A stretch of DNA of 55,457 nucleotides. It comes from a virus. Taxonomy: Duplodnaviria > Caudoviricetes. The notes beneath the pieces were generated by a model, which was not told the origin of the DNA, did not search any database, and saw nothing but the letters and a program-made list of their open reading frames with translations. The DNA lies in IMG/VR virus record IMGVR_UViG_3300020472_000032, positions 1 through 55,457 of that record; one strand, given 5' to 3'. Position numbers and translations under genes: made by a program. Shown here in pieces: positions 55,287 through 55,457 of the stretch; within the stretch, counting starts at the first letter, position 1; each line of letters begins with the position of its first letter.

Positions 55287-55457
55287 AACGATGAACAAGT
55301 TCATCGGATTCATCGTCTTTCGACTCGAATCATTTACTATACTTAGTCTATTTGGCTTTGGTTCAGTCGCACTTAGCCTGTTTACGGCAAAGCACAACTG
55401 GTCCATTTGTCTCGGAACCGACGCAACATCATTGTACAACCTTACGGCAGAGGCGGT
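55287..55457 (-). ncRNA. 3' part of a probable structured RNA, truncated at window edge
   Basis: GC-richer non-coding stretch with hairpins CGATGAA-cttg-TTCATCG, GATTC..GTC-GAAA-GAC..GAATC and GCC-GTAA-GGT. Confidence 0.45.

Noticed and set aside
55257-55439. 60-aa minus-strand ORF
   Set aside because: No clear RBS and it runs through multiple hairpins; RNA structure is the better explanation, though translation is not excluded
1-55457. CRISPR arrays, tRNAs, rRNA, inteins/introns in core genes, alternative genetic code
   Set aside because: No spaced direct repeats or cloverleafs recognised by eye; helicase, TerL, UvsX, UvsW, portal and MCP are of normal length and uninterrupted; TAA, TAG and TGA all end genes at expected positions

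Overview
AT-rich (roughly one-third GC by eye), densely coding 55 kb segment of a large T4-related myovirus genome with a contractile tail. It is not a bacterial chromosome, and its gene order is rearranged relative to T4. Most genes are on the minus strand. Left to right: (1) a replication/recombination block with gp41 helicase, gp61 primase, a miniature DnaE-like polymerase, a gp62-like clamp-loader subunit, UvsW, an AAA ATPase, a cluster of small early genes, UvsY, UvsX and gp32; (2) terminase and putative prohead-internal proteins, gp4, tail tube, sheath and neck (gp13/14/15); (3) a Nudix hydrolase, two glycosyltransferases and three fibre/structural genes; (4) a stand-alone structured ncRNA; (5) the head block gp23/22/21/portal; (6) a tape-measure-like gene divergent from gp26, then a DUF1415-like and ATP-grasp pair and a second structured RNA cut by the window edge. 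Host sigma70 promoters and T4-type TAAATA late promoters are both evident. The most notable signals are a complete -1 programmed frameshift cassette at the end of gp26; a 186-aa minimal C-family polymerase; a pseudoknotted ~200-nt ncRNA with its own promoter and terminator after the capsid gene; a 3' UTR loop complementary to the same gene's ribosome-binding site; leaderless mRNAs at fixed spacing; a shared LRKLAG motif and CTS-like N-termini on likely capsid-internal proteins; and apparent avoidance of GCWGC. All family assignments come from motif recognition only; no database searches were run.
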